Of a DNA stretch of 64,000 nucleotides, positions 12,027-25,703 are shown one piece after another (the stretch's first letter is position 1; the number at the start of each line of letters is the position of its first letter). The stretch comes from Octopus vulgaris (lineage: Eukaryota). The stretch lies in NCBI GenBank assembly GCA_951406725.2, contig OX597830.1:29450001-29514000 (forward strand), written 5' to 3'. The notes beneath the pieces are model-generated. The model did not search any database. It saw only the letters and a program-made list of their open reading frames with translations, and was not told the DNA's origin. Both the position numbers and the translations under genes were made by a program.

Positions 12027-12257
12027 TACTCTTTTACTCTTTTACTTGTTTCAGTCATTTGACTGCGGCCATGCTGGAGCACGGCCTTTAGCCGAGCAAA
12101 TCGACCCCAGGACTTCTTCTTTTAAAGCCTAGTACTTATTCTATCGGTCTCTTTTGCCGAACCGCTAAGTTACGGGGACTTAAACACACCAGCATCGGTT
12201 GTCAAGTGATATTGGGGGGGGGGGACAAACACAGACGTACGAACATATACACACATA

Positions 12258-12295
<38 letters not shown>

Positions 12296-12440
12296 TATAT
12301 ATAGAGATGGGCTTCTTTCAGTTTCCGTCTACCAAATCCACTCACGTGGCTATAGTAGAAGACACTTGCCCAAGGTGCTACGCAGTGGGAATGAACCCGG
12401 AACTATGTGGTTGGTAAGCAAGCTACTTACCACACAGCCA
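12027..12440 (-). mobile_element. SINE family B (tRNA head, CORE-like domain, internal (TA/TG)n spacer)
   Basis: Reverse complement: TGGCTGTGTGGTAAGTAGC (A box), GGTTCATTCCC (B box), ACCTTGGGCAAGT (CORE-like), GATTTGGTAGACGGAAACTGAAAGAAGCCC, tail GACTGAAACAAGTAAAAGAGTAAAAGAGTA. Matches 24086-24475 and 54320-54678. Confidence 0.85.
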
Positions 12441-13670
12441 TTTGCATCTATGTAAATAACAAATTCGTAGCCTGCACATACCCTATAAAACATTTTGATA
12501 TATCTAACGCATCGTATATAACGAGATTATGAAATGCTTTCTAAAATTAAATGCAAACACGTTACTTCATTCGTATTATTTTTAAGCAAGATTAGATTTT
12601 TTTCTCCCTATTAATCAATATTTGACCTTTGCATTTTTCTGACAGTGTTATTTGTAGGTCCACTTTATTTATTTATTTATTTATTTATTTTTTCCTGTTT
12701 GTATTGGAGGTGGCGGTTGGTGGGGGTGGCGCAGTTTTGCTATTCATGCAATAAGTTATTTTTACATGTTCAGAATTGTAAAACATGTTTACATGTTTAC
12801 ACTTTTACGAAAACACCTAAATATTTTACAAACAGCCTAAAGCTAATGTAAAGTGTAGGGCGAGGTGGATGAGAGGGTCTGCTACGAAATGCGATAATCT
12901 CGATGTTTGTAAACTGAATTTTTTTTGTTGTTGTTGTTGTTGTTTCTTACGCGAGTAGCGCCGGTAAAACGAGTGATATTGTTGAAGTGTTTTTTTTTTT
13001 TTTTGGCTTTTCCTTTTTTTTATGTGTGAAATGATTTTAGTTAACACAAACTACAATACATTAAGTCATTACGTCCATGTTATTATTTTTCACAATCATA
13101 ACATTGTAAAACTCAATATAGATTGAAGAGCTATACATTTTATCAGACTCTGGGGATTATTAGGAAATCTTCACACTTTAATGTCAATTCAATTAATTGC
13201 TCTTTGGGATTGCACCGACGTTTCTCTTATTGATTCGTTCCCCTCTACATACTACTCACGTAAATTCTTTATTAAACATTCCTCAACTTAATATATATCT
13301 TGCGTCCAAAAGCTTCCATTTTGTCATTTAGTTTCAGATTTGTTTGCATATTACGTCGTTGTTGATGGTATTTGATTATTTATTTATTATACATATTTAT
13401 TTTGTTCTTTTAAATCATTAAACCGTTTAGCTTGTTCAGATTGTTTACCAAGCTGATGAATATTTGTATGTTCTATCTGGTTATTTGCTTCCTCTATATA
13501 CAGCTTTAATTATTTTCGCTCGTTCTGTGCTTGGTTTATAAATTTATACCTAGTGATATAAATAACATGAGATACGTCATTCGTTATTCAAGACTTCAAG
13601 AGTATTATTTCAAGTTTTATTGTAACAGCATAGCAACATCGTCTAATTGTGCCGTTCTGTTTCATTCTAT

Positions 13671-13699
<29 letters not shown>

Positions 13700-13720
<21 letters not shown>

Positions 13721-14035
13721 CTATAAATATATATATTATAGGCATATATATACATACATATACATACTTACACACGCACGGGCACACACACAAACATACA
13801 TATATCTATATAAGAATATATATATATATCATAGGCATATATATGTGTACATATACATAATTACACGTTCACATGCACATACATACACACACAATACACA
13901 CACATACTCACACATATATATTTGTATATGACTATAAATATGTATATATATTATGTTATATTATAGGCATATATGGGTACATATACATACTTACACACAC
14001 ATACATACACACTCACACACTCATATATTTATATA

Positions 14036-14085
<50 letters not shown>

Positions 14086-14150
14086 CATATATATGTGTAC
14101 ATATACATACACACGCACAAGCATACTCATGCAAATATATATATATATAA
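13700..14150. repeat. Degenerate minisatellite built from TA/CA-rich units
   Basis: ATAGGCATATAT..TACATATACATA recurs at about 13738, 13831, 13963 and 14081; ATATGACTATAAATAT at about 13716 and 13927. Confidence 0.6.
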
Positions 14151-15079
14151 AATATCGCTGACGAGTTGTTTTATACAGACACATCCCATACATATGTTGT
14201 AATTTGTCCGAATGCATAAGTTGTAACTTCTCCGAATACATCTTCAATCAGATGTTGGTGTGATTGATTCATTCACCTTTGCGCGTCCACAAAAAAGCCT
14301 ACACTCATTCAAACACAGATATAAACACACAATTATATAGATATAAATATATATTATATGTTTGTGTGTATGTTCATGCGTGTGTGTGCGTACATATGTA
14401 CGTGCGCGCGTGTGTAATTCTCTGTACGTATTTAGAGATATTGGTATATATTGCAAATTTCAAATTTGTGTGTCCCTGGCACAGTTTCCATTGATGCTAA
14501 AAATATGACGGTTTGAGATTTTAAAAGGAAAGAGAATGGTCGATTCCATTAATCCTAGTATTTCACTAATTACCTTTTTTCTGAACGTCGGTTTTAATTT
14601 ATCCAAATCAGTTTTATTTTTATTGAACACAGAAACGAAAGAGCTATCCTAATAACTCACATTCATGCACATCCATCTCTGAATCCGATTTCATATGAAA
14701 ATAAGCATTATATGAACGGAGGATTGGAGTAAACATTGTATTCTGTTGCACAAGTTATGTTCATTGAATAGACTTCGTATACCATCTTATTTTCAAACTT
14801 TCCTGAAATAATCGCAACACAACGTTTGGAAAATTCTGAATAAAATTGTATGTATGTGCATGTATTCAGACACTAATATGTTAAATATGTCTGAGCGTAT
14901 TATATTATTAAATTATTAAACCACTCTATCAACACAAACTAAAAAATTTTCAGCAGAAAATAAATAAAAATCATGTCTCCAAAGAACGTTCCTTGACTTT
15001 ACTATTCATTTCTTCAAAACAAATTAACAATAAGTAATTTTTAAAGCAAGTTAATAGATTATATATTTTTATTGATAAG

Positions 15080-15440
15080 ATTAAGCTGTCGCTAACATTT
15101 TAAAGTATATTCACTCAAAGTAACCTATATATTGTGATAGATTTAGAACAAATGTCTTCAGAAAGTTAGTCTCGATGAATTCCACTTCATTTCTTCAAAG
15201 CTTCATATATATTCTGAAATAACTTTGGATAATTGTTCTTGATCCATTTTCAATGACAGCTATTCAGGTTCTTCATCAATCTCGCAGCTAGCAAGAATAA
15301 AGAACATTCTCCTTAGATTTACAAAAGACTTAATATATTGTTGTATAGCCAAGGTAATCTATAACATTTGACCTCGACAATGTCGTAATATATTTTCTGA
15401 AGAAGATATTTAGCAGTCGAGACAATTGACAATTCTTAAC
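15080..15440 (-). mobile_element. Possible very decayed hAT-type transposase fragment
   Basis: Minus-strand pieces VSTAKYLLQK..DIVE and CEIDEEPE resemble hAT/ZMYM1-like transposase segments. Many stops. Confidence 0.22.
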
Positions 15441-15711
15441 TCTGTAAGCAGTTTCATACACTTACCTGTGTGTATATATGCGCATATATGGCTTTTTTTT
15501 ATAAGTTTATATCTCTCTGTCCGTCTAACTATCTATGCATACATCTATCTAATTCTATTCACAAACACACTCATACTCTGTGTGTGTGCGTGTATGTGTG
15601 TGTGGATGGGTGCATGCATATCTCCTCTACTCTCTTTTAGTATGTGTGCGTATATATATATATATATAAATGTATACACATAAAAAATCTTGCACAACAA
15701 ATATATAAACG

Positions 15712-15744
<33 letters not shown>

Positions 15745-16249
15745 ATGCATGTATGTATATATGCATTCAAAGAAAGATAGTGAGGAAGAGAGAGAAAAAG
15801 AGAGAGGAACGGAGAGAAAGAAAGATTAATGTAGGTTCTGACCGGGTAAAAATCCATGTGCTTCCAAAGTAGAAGGGAAACTGAACACTTGGTCATCCAG
15901 GATCTCGATTTGTGATTTGGAGCAAAAATTGAAAGTTCACTGGTGCAGAAATTCTAGGTACGTGTCCGGTAAAACAAATATGTGATTGTTACAAATAATA
16001 ATTCTTGGTACGACAGGCAGAACGCTTGGGATTTTATGTTATAAGAGCTATTAAACGAATGGGTCCTAGTGCTCAAATGGTGCTTATTTCATCGATCCCG
16101 GAAGGAGAGAATAGTAATTCGAGTCGGAGCAGAAACCGCAGGCATTTTGTCTGTCGTTGCAAACTATTCCGCCCGTACATCACCCTATATAACCCAAATC
16201 ATAGTAAGAAGGAATTTAGCACATATTCATTATAATTTGTTACAATACT

Positions 16250-17010
16250 AAGGCGGCGAGCTGGCAGAAGCGTTAGCACGCCGGGCGAAATGCGTAGCCG
16301 TATTTCGTCTGCCGCTACGTTCTGAGTTCATATTTCGCCGAGGTCGACTTTGCCTTTCATCCTTTCGAGGTTGATAAATTAAGTTCCAGTTATGTACTGA
16401 GGTCGATGTAATCGACTTAATCCCTTTGTCTGTCCTTGTTTGTCCACTCTCTGCTTAGCCCCTTGTGGGTAGTAAAGAAATAGGTATTTCGTCTGCCGCT
16501 ACGTTCTCAGTTCAAATTTCGCCGAGGTCGACTTTGCCTTTCGTCCTTTCAAGGTCGATTAATTAAGTACCATTTACGTACTGGGGTCGATGTAATCGAC
16601 TTAATCCCTCTGTCTGTCCTTGTTTGTCCCCTCTATGTTTAGCCCCTTGTGGGCAATAAAAAATAAGAAAAATTTGCACGCCGGGCGAAAAGTTTAGCAG
16701 TCGACTTTGCTTTTCGTCCTTTCGGGGTCAATAAATTAAGTACCATACTGGGGTCGATGTAATCGACTGGCCCCATTCCCCTAAAATTTTGGGCCTTGTA
16801 CCTAGAGTAGGAAAGAATCGTTAGCACGCCGGCCGAAATGTTTAACAATATTTCGTCTGTCTTAACGTTCTGAGTTCAAATGCTGCTGGGGTCTACTTTG
16901 CCTTTTATCCTTTCGGGTTCGATAAATTAAGAACCAGTTACGCACTGGAGTCAATCTAATCGGCTGGTCCCCTCTCTCAAAATTTCAGGCCTTGTGCCTA
17001 TAGGAGAAAG
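16250..17010 (+). mobile_element. SINE family A tetrameric array
   Basis: Head at 16250; body units restart at about 16485, 16675 and 16815. The first two end in tail 1 (GCCCCTTGTGGG..TAAA), the last two in tail 2 (AAAATTT..GGCCTTGT.CCTA..AG). Confidence 0.87.
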
Positions 17011-17224
17011 AGCTTGTGGATTCAGGATTTGTACAGTTACTCACAATGTTATTGGTTGTTTTTCTTCGTATATAATCTAATTAAGCTTAGATAATGGTTA
17101 GAAATATTATACATGTCACGAGATGCTTATTAGCGTGCTTGTGTGTATAAATGCATAACTGGCAAGATTCATGAGTGCATCATTATACGCCTATACCATT
17201 ACTATTTGCGTATGGGATGGTTAT

Positions 17225-17408
17225 ATATTTCTTTACTACCCACAAGGGGCTACACACAGAGGGGACAAACAAGGACAGACAAACGGATTAGGTCGATTAT
17301 ATCGACCCCCAGTGCATAACTGGTACTTATTTAAATCGACCCCAAAAGGATGAAAGGGAGAGTCGACCTCGGCGGAATTTGGACTCAGAACAATGAGCGG
17401 GAGACGAA
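17225..17408 (-). mobile_element. Headless SINE family A body unit with its own TSD
   Basis: Begins at ATTTCGTCT, the same point where internal units restart. Flanked by a 13 bp TSD, ATGGGATGGTTAT (17212-17224 and 17409-17421). Confidence 0.85.
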
Positions 17409-17519
17409 ATGGGATGGTTATTTCAAATGCGAACATGTGTTTTCAAATACATATTTCTTTCCCTACTTATATGTATCTGCAATTGCGCGCGTACACAGAC
17501 CTCTCCCCACACACACAAA

Positions 17520-17581
<62 letters not shown>

Positions 17582-17625
17582 TTAAATTTAGATAGACAGA
17601 CAGACAGCCAGCCAGACAGACAGAC

Positions 17626-17671
<46 letters not shown>

Positions 17672-17693
17672 ATAGACAGACAGACAGACAGAC

Positions 17694-17773
<80 letters not shown>

Positions 17774-18073
17774 TGTACAATAGATAGCCAAGCCGGAAGA
17801 AAGTCATGAATCCAAATGCATATTGTAAGCTTTCTAATCCTCAAATCTGTGCGTAAGGGAAACAGCCGTTTCTCTTATAGTGAATTCTCGTCTGATACAT
17901 AGACTATAGATTCCCTAAAGAAAAGGAAACCTAAGGCAACGAAATGACCTAATGAATACTACACATATACACACACACAATCACACTCGCACAAACATCC
18001 TCATACTCACGCATGCATACATGTAGGTTTTATATAGATAATTCCCGTATGTATTACATGAAAACAACTAAAT

Positions 18074-18136
<63 letters not shown>

Positions 18137-18520
18137 CACAATTTAGGTGAGATGAAATATGTTTGTCACTTATTTCAAATGCTATCGGCAAATACACTCC
18201 AGTTACCGTGGAGAAAATATGTCTCTTATGGTAAAAGGGGATGAAAACATCCAGTTCGTTCAGTGTCGCCCTCTCTGTAGAATCTCAAATATCGATGTTT
18301 CAAGTTTATTGAACCTTGTCGATGAGATAGATGTAACTAAGGGAAGCAACTCTCATGTATATACATATATGCATGTATGTATGTGTATATATATGCATAT
18401 ATATATGTATATACATGCATATGTGTATATACATCAGCGTTGCTTCCCTTAGGTAAATCTCTCTATATACGTATAAGTATATATATATATATATATATAT
18501 ATTTATACGGATATACATAC

Positions 18521-18551
<31 letters not shown>

Positions 18552-18568
18552 CATACATAGATACATAC

Positions 18569-18613
<45 letters not shown>

Positions 18614-19057
18614 ATACGTATACGTGTGTGTATGTATATATATAGTTTTTGGTGTGTTAATGTATCTGTCGTGTGATTTTCTTGTATCTTACTTAGATCC
18701 AAGATTAAAAGCAACAGTGGCGTAATCGGGAAGTAGATTTAGATGAAAGACAAAGATGAGAGATAACTGAAAGGAAATAGGTAAGAAGGAGACGGGCTGA
18801 TGATGCTGGTGAGAAATGATGAAGCTGATGACGTCGAAGATGACATCTAAGTTTAGTCAAATTCTAACGATGTCTGACACCAACGGAGTAGTGATGTTGA
18901 GCTTGCTTAAATTGAACAACATGGGGTAACGTAAGGTATGTCAGTGGTACTATGATTGTGATAATGATAATGATGCTTGCTGTTGTTTCTGGTGATCATA
19001 ATCTTGATCAATATCTGCATGATCAAGATTCTGAAAATTAATCGAATTCAACACCTA

Positions 19058-19444
19058 CACCATCATCATCATCAGCGTCATCATCATCATCATCATCATC
19101 GTCGTCATCACTGAAGCAATCGTCGTCATCACCCACGTCGTCGTCGTTTTTATTCAGGTCGTCGACGTCGACGTCGACGTCACAGGCGTGACCAGTATCA
19201 CCATCGTCATCAACGTTGTCATCGTGGTCATCCTTGTGTAGTTGTTTTCATCATGAATGTCGTCATCATCATCGTTATTATCAACATCGTCATCGTCGTC
19301 GCGTAATCCTTCTCCACTCATCATCATCATCACCACCACCACCACCACCACCACCACCATCATCATCATCACCATTATCATCATCATCATCATCATCATC
19401 AACACCATCATCATCATCATCATCATCACCATCATCGTCATCAC

Positions 19445-19515
<71 letters not shown>

Positions 19516-19526
19516 CCACCACCACC

Positions 19527-19620
<94 letters not shown>

Positions 19621-20140
19621 CCATCATCGTTTCGTCATCACCGACATCATTAAATTTATTGTCAATATGAACATTTATTATCATGTAATCTTCATTATTG
19701 TTATCAATGATCGCAATTGATGATGTCATTGCTGTTAATGATAACGATGATCAGTAACAGGATGAGAATGATGGTGATGGTAGTGGTGTGGGACGTGAAC
19801 AGCTATGTCCACAAGGGATTTCATGATGACAATATGGATGATGATGATGATGATGATGATGTTGGTGACAGAAGAAAAACCACGGCGACGAGGAAGAAGG
19901 TCAGGACGATCCTTATGATGATCATGATGATGATGATGGTGGTGGTGGTGGTGGTGGTGGTGGTGGTGGTGGTGACGGTGAGAAAGACAATGACGAAGAC
20001 GGTGATTAAGTGACTTCAGCAAAGACGAAGAAGTGGTTTGGGAGGTCAACGTGCATGGCAACCACGACTGCCACGATGATTAAGATGGGATGAATATTGT
20101 GATGGTGATGATGATGATGATGATGGCAACGATGATGACA

Positions 20141-20176
<36 letters not shown>

Positions 20177-20302
20177 GCAACGATGATGACAATGATGATG
20201 ATGATGATGATGAACACGACAACGATGATGATGGTGATGATAATGATGGTGGTGGTGTTGGTGGTGGTGATGATGATGGTGATGACGACGAAGACGATGA
20301 TT

Positions 20303-20334
<32 letters not shown>

Positions 20335-20465
20335 AATGATGATGATGGTGATGACGATGATGATGATGATGACGATGATGAGAGACGATGATGTTGATGA
20401 TGACGGTGATGGTGATGATGATGATGATGATGGTGATGAACACGACGACGACGACGATAACGATA
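19058..20465. repeat. Head-to-head (CAT/CAC)n and (GAT/GGT)n trinucleotide arrays
   Basis: (CAT/CAC)n at about 19060-19650, then the complementary (GAT/GGT)n at about 19720-20465. Confidence 0.92.
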
Positions 20466-20854
20466 AACAACGATGGCGTTAGAGCCGACGCAGGCGCTGC
20501 CCTAACCCCACCTCCGTTGCCCTCACCGCAACCGCCGCTGCTGCCGCCGGCTGCTACCACTGCGCTGGCGATAGCGATAACGATGCTAATGCTTACAATG
20601 ATGAAACAGCTGGGACAAGACGAAAGCTGGGGCAGCAATAACAACAATGACGATGTCAACACCTCGAAGACATGTGAAACAACAATTGAAACAGCCGCCG
20701 TGATTTTTCTTTTATCAGATACCTTTGTCGCTAGACAAATCCTGCACTACGCCCCCCCCCCCCCCACTCTTCCTCTCTATTCCACAAGACCTAAAATCCA
20801 TTTCTTCCCAATACTGCAGCCACCACCCATTCCTCAATCCCTCTATATCACTGC

Positions 20855-20894
<40 letters not shown>

Positions 20895-21169
20895 TACACA
20901 AATCCATACACACATACACAGATATATATATGCACATGTATTTACACGTACATGTACACACAGCTGTATATAAATGCATCATATATACCTATATCTATTT
21001 ATCTATCTATCTATCTATCTCTCTATCTATTTATATATATATTATATATATATATGCTTACATTATATGTAAAATAGCATATACATAAATATATATATAC
21101 ACACATATATACATGTATATATATATATACATACATATATATATATGTATGTGTGTATATGTATGTATG

Positions 21170-21244
<75 letters not shown>

Positions 21245-21599
21245 GATATGCATATATATGTATAAATACGCATTCATACACGCGCAGAAACACGCACATA
21301 CGTTCGCGTGCGTGTAGGCACTTCTTCACACACACACACACACACACGCACGCACACACATACACACATGTACATATGTATATTGAGGGCGAGACACACT
21401 TTGACAAATTCAATATTTTCTGTTTCTCAAAGCTGCATTGGATGCTGGATGCCATGCAAGACGGACGCTACGTTTAGACACAGACTTTACCGGATATTAA
21501 CTCTTAGTATTGCTTCTGGAGTCTTTTGAATTCATCAAAGAGTCTCGCGGTCTGTGGTTGCTCCCGCTGTTATGGCAGCGAGCGAAAGCGGATGGAGTT

Positions 21600-22065
21600 A
21601 TATGACGCTGACGACGATGGTGTTGATGATGATGATGATGATGATGATGATTATGATTATGATGATGACGATGATGACGATGAAGATGATGACGACTCTG
21701 TTGATGATGATATTCGTGATGTTGATGTTGATGGCGATGGTGACTATAATGAGGATAATGTTCATGACGTTAATAATAATGGTGGCAGTGACGATGGAGG
21801 CTGTGCTCGTGGTGATGATGATAATGATGATGATGATGATGATGGATGAAGATGATGGAGATATTGGTTGTGATTGTGGTGGTGTTGGTAATGATGATGA
21901 GGATGATGATGATGATTATAACGATGATCATGATCGCGATTATGATGATGACGACACCGACTATGTTGGTAGTGGTGGTGGTGGTGATGGTAGTAGTGAT
22001 GTGGTGTTGGTGGTGGTAGTGATGAAAATGTTGATGATTTTGACGGCGTTGTTGATGATGCTGAT
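21600..22065. repeat. Degenerate (GAT/GGT)n array
   Basis: Read directly; it produces the poly-D and poly-M ORFs. Confidence 0.88.
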
Positions 22066-22649
22066 ACAGTTAATTATAACAATGAAAATGGTACAGAAAT
22101 GAGCGATACCCATACTAACAAATATCAGTTATATATGTGATGGAAGTGAATGTGAAATCGTAAACAATGCTTTCAGTGATAAAAGTTAAGATGCTGCTGA
22201 TAATATCAAGAATAACCTGAAGAAGAAGGTCCAGAGAACAGTAACGAAGAGGAGTAGGAAGGAAGAGGAGGAAAAGATTTTGAGTTGCTTATCACTGCAA
22301 GTAATACAATAAAATATTACATAAGATATTATATGTGAGGATTACACCGAGTTACAAGGGCTACAAACCAACCGTTTATTATCCATCAACCTATTATTGA
22401 TATTGCATAGTCGAATGCATCCATAAGTATATTTGGAAGCAAATTAAAAAAGAAATTCTCAGGTATAGTTCATACATAACCAAACATATAATATTAAATA
22501 GGGGAATAAGTACTGGGGTCGATTTCTTGGAATAAAGTCGGTGCTCCAACATGACCGCTGTCAAAATACTGAAACAAATAATAGAACAAAAGAAATACTC
22601 TTTTACTCTTGTATTCTTTTACTCGTTTCAGCCATGCTAGAGGACCATT

Positions 22650-24085
22650 GTGCTCCTTCTGATTTCCTCAATCTAGGGTGTTTCCCATCACCACTCCTGT
22701 ATGTGCTTCCGTCCACGGTGTTGGCCCATTTGGTGTATAAGAGAGTTTGACTGCGCTGCCATCGTCTGCACTTCATGTCGGCCTGTTGGTTCATCCGGTA
22801 TTGTGGAGAGAAGGATGCTTACTTCCTTTTGGATGAGATCTGCTTCCATTTCATGCAGATTACTTAATTTTTGTGGCAGGGCACCGAAGAGCTGTGGGCC
22901 TTTGTACCTTAGACTATTGCAGGACCTGATCCTGAATTTAGATGGAGTAGAATGTTACCTTTGGTACAAGCTAATGACGGCCGGTTCTAGAGATTTTCAT
23001 ACATTGATTATTGTCTATCTCTTACGCCTTCACTCCAGAGAGTAATGCTACAGTTTTCTCAGCCTGTCTTTGTAGCGCATCGCTGCAGTTTCAATTATTT
23101 TAGTGTAGTGGCGTTGGATTGCTTCAAGCTCTGCTGTTAGTTTGGCACTGTGTGATGATCTTTAAGTAGGGGCAGTAGTCCAGGCAGCTGGGAACAAATG
23201 TCCTCCACAGGGTCAACATAGTTTCTTGTTCTCTTTCTTGAAGGACCTCCGTATCCACCCTGCCAGTTATCTGCTCTTTGCTGACAGCTTGGTAATGTGC
23301 ATATAAAATGATACATCATTGCGCATACTCATCTCCAAGGCTTTTATTGCTTCTGACTCTGGGTTCTTAGTGCCCTTGGGTCTTGTATATGCAGGCTGTG
23401 GTGCATTCTTGAGTTGGTAGTGCCTTGCTTAAATTTCTCCAGCATTAAACTACGTGTTGTTTATTTCTGCTCACTTGTATGTCGAATTCAAGGCCCGACA
23501 TAAGATTGCGACATCATCTTGGTTCATTTTGCATCATCGGCATACCTAGTGACAGTGGTTTTCCGAGTGAGAGTGGGCATGTCTAAGAGAGCTATTATAC
23601 ACAGTAATGAACCCAGAACGGATCCGTGGGAAAAGCCACTTAGAATTTGAGTGTACTCAGACAGGGCACCATTGGCTGCAACTGCCTGACTTCTATCATT
23701 AAGGAAGTCATACAGCCGCTCTCCCAGTTTATCAGCAATGCCAAGGTCTCGTAGCTTATGATATATCTACCTTATGAAATACTTTTACGAAGTCCAAGTA
23801 TACCACGTTGACATCTGAATGGTCAAGCGACTGTTTCAAAAGCCAGTCATAATGTTGTTGGAGTTGTGTGATGTAGCTTCTTCCCGGACGGAAGCCATGC
23901 TTTTTATATCGCTCAGTAGGTCATTTTAGTTTAGGAACATTATGAATTTCTTTCTCATGATTCGCGCCATGACTTTGCTGATATGTGAAGTCAGAGAGAT
24001 TGGCCTGTAGTTTTTGGCTCTGTTTCCACCTTTGTGGATTAGGTGTATAATGCCTTCTTTCAGCTTTTTAGGATGTTTACCACTT
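22650..24085 (-). mobile_element. Decayed CR1/L2-like LINE, RT to C-terminus
   Basis: Minus strand in order: HLIHKGGNRAKNYRPISLTSHISKVMARIMR, HGFRPGRS, NVVYLDFVK, SGFSHGSVLGS, RYADDAK, LDYCP, ELEAIQRHYTKII, CNSLRYKGPQLFGALP. Frameshifted; upstream end abuts a SINE. Confidence 0.92.
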
Positions 24086-24229
24086 GCGGTAAGTAGCCTG
24101 CTTACCAACAACAAGGTTTCGGGTTCGGCCCCCCGGGTAACATCTTGGGCTAGTGTATTCTACTATAGCCGCGGGCAGACCAAAGCCTTATGATTCGATT
24201 TGGTAGACGGAAACTGAAAGAAGCCTATC

Positions 24230-24294
<65 letters not shown>

Positions 24295-24475
24295 TGTGTG
24301 TCTGTGTTTGTTCCCCCAGCATTACTTGACAACTGATGCTGGCGTGTTTACGTCTCCGTAACCTAGCGGTTCGGCAAAAGAGACCGATAGAATAAGTACT
24401 AGGCTTACAATGAATAAGTCCTGGGGGTGATTTGTTCGACTAAAGGCGCTGTCAGATGGCTGAAACAAATAAAAG
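24086..24475 (+). mobile_element. SINE family B
   Basis: GGTAAGTAGCCTGCTTACCAAC...CTTGGGCTAGTG...GATTTGGTAGACGGAAACTGAAAGAAGCC-(TA)n-...CTGAAACAAATAAAAGA. Confidence 0.85.
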
Positions 24476-24888
24476 AATATATATAGCACACACACACATA
24501 CACGCACACACGCCCGCCCACACGCACACACGAATATATTCAGGGAGAGAGAGAGATAGATTGATAAATAGTTAGATTATATGCACACATATATGATTCT
24601 AGATCCATTAATTTACTATAATTATAAGTATAGAGCATTTTAAAGAGTATCATAAGAAATAATAGGAATACACCATAATAAAGTTTCTATTTGATTAAAA
24701 AATTGCTACAGATTTGTTTCAGGTCACAGTTGAGTGATTAGACATCTGTTTAAAGTAATCCCAGCATTGACCATACATTTAAAAAAAATATTCTCCATAA
24801 TTTTATAGGAGCATTTAGAATAAGAATAATGAATGAGCTTATTCTCTTGACACATAGTCAATTTGTTATTCTAGAAAATTACAATATT

Positions 24889-25272
24889 CTTTTCTACTCT
24901 AGCCACAAGGTCCGATATTTTTGGATACTGGGGTCGATTAGATCGACCCCAATACGCAACTGGTACGAAATTTATTGACTCCGAAAGGATGATAGGCAAA
25001 ATCAACCTCGGTGGAATTTGAAATCAGAACGTAAAGACAGACGAAATACCTATTTCTTTACTACCCACAAGGGGCTAAACACAGAGAGCACAAACAAGGA
25101 GAGACAAATTACATCGAATTCAGTGAGTAACTGGTGCTTAATTTATCGACGCCGAAAGAATGAAAGGCAAAGTCGACCTCGGCGGAATTTGAACTCAGAA
25201 CATAACGGCAGACGAATTACGGCTACGCATTTCGCCCGGCGTGCTAACGTTTCTGATATTTCACCGCCTTAA
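24889..25272 (-). mobile_element. SINE family A dimer with a single TSD
   Basis: Head at about 25270 plus two units. 14 bp TSD AAAATTACAATATT at 24875-24888 and 25273-25286. Confidence 0.85.
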
Positions 25273-25586
25273 AAAATTACAATATTATTTATCTCAGAAT
25301 TGTGCCGAAATTGAATATGAGTCATCATTAATTGATAGGTAATGATTTAGAATTTTCCTGTGTATCTTATTATATATTGTTTTCTAAATGGAATTTACGA
25401 TACACAGTAAAAACCTATTGAAATCAATTACAAACTCTGTTTTGAGTCTGTCAACTAAAGAATCGGAAGGTGACTAACGTGTTGATTCCACATTTCAACA
25501 GGAAATTTATAGGTTCTAACGGACTGTTTAAAATTTTCGTTTTGTAATCAATCCAAAGATGTCCCTCACACACACACGCACACACG

Positions 25587-25632
<46 letters not shown>

Positions 25633-25655
25633 CAGATATATAGATAGATAGATAA

Positions 25656-25703
<48 letters not shown>

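Noticed and set aside
17770-17807. Peptide FFRLGYLLY shared with the ORF at 36047-36511
   Set aside because: The underlying nucleotide sequences differ and the similarity does not extend; treated as chance.
19154-22102. Poly-M/H/D/S ORFs up to 229 aa, resembling His-rich or acidic biomineral proteins
   Set aside because: Open in several frames on both strands purely because of trinucleotide repeats; no signal peptide or exon structure.
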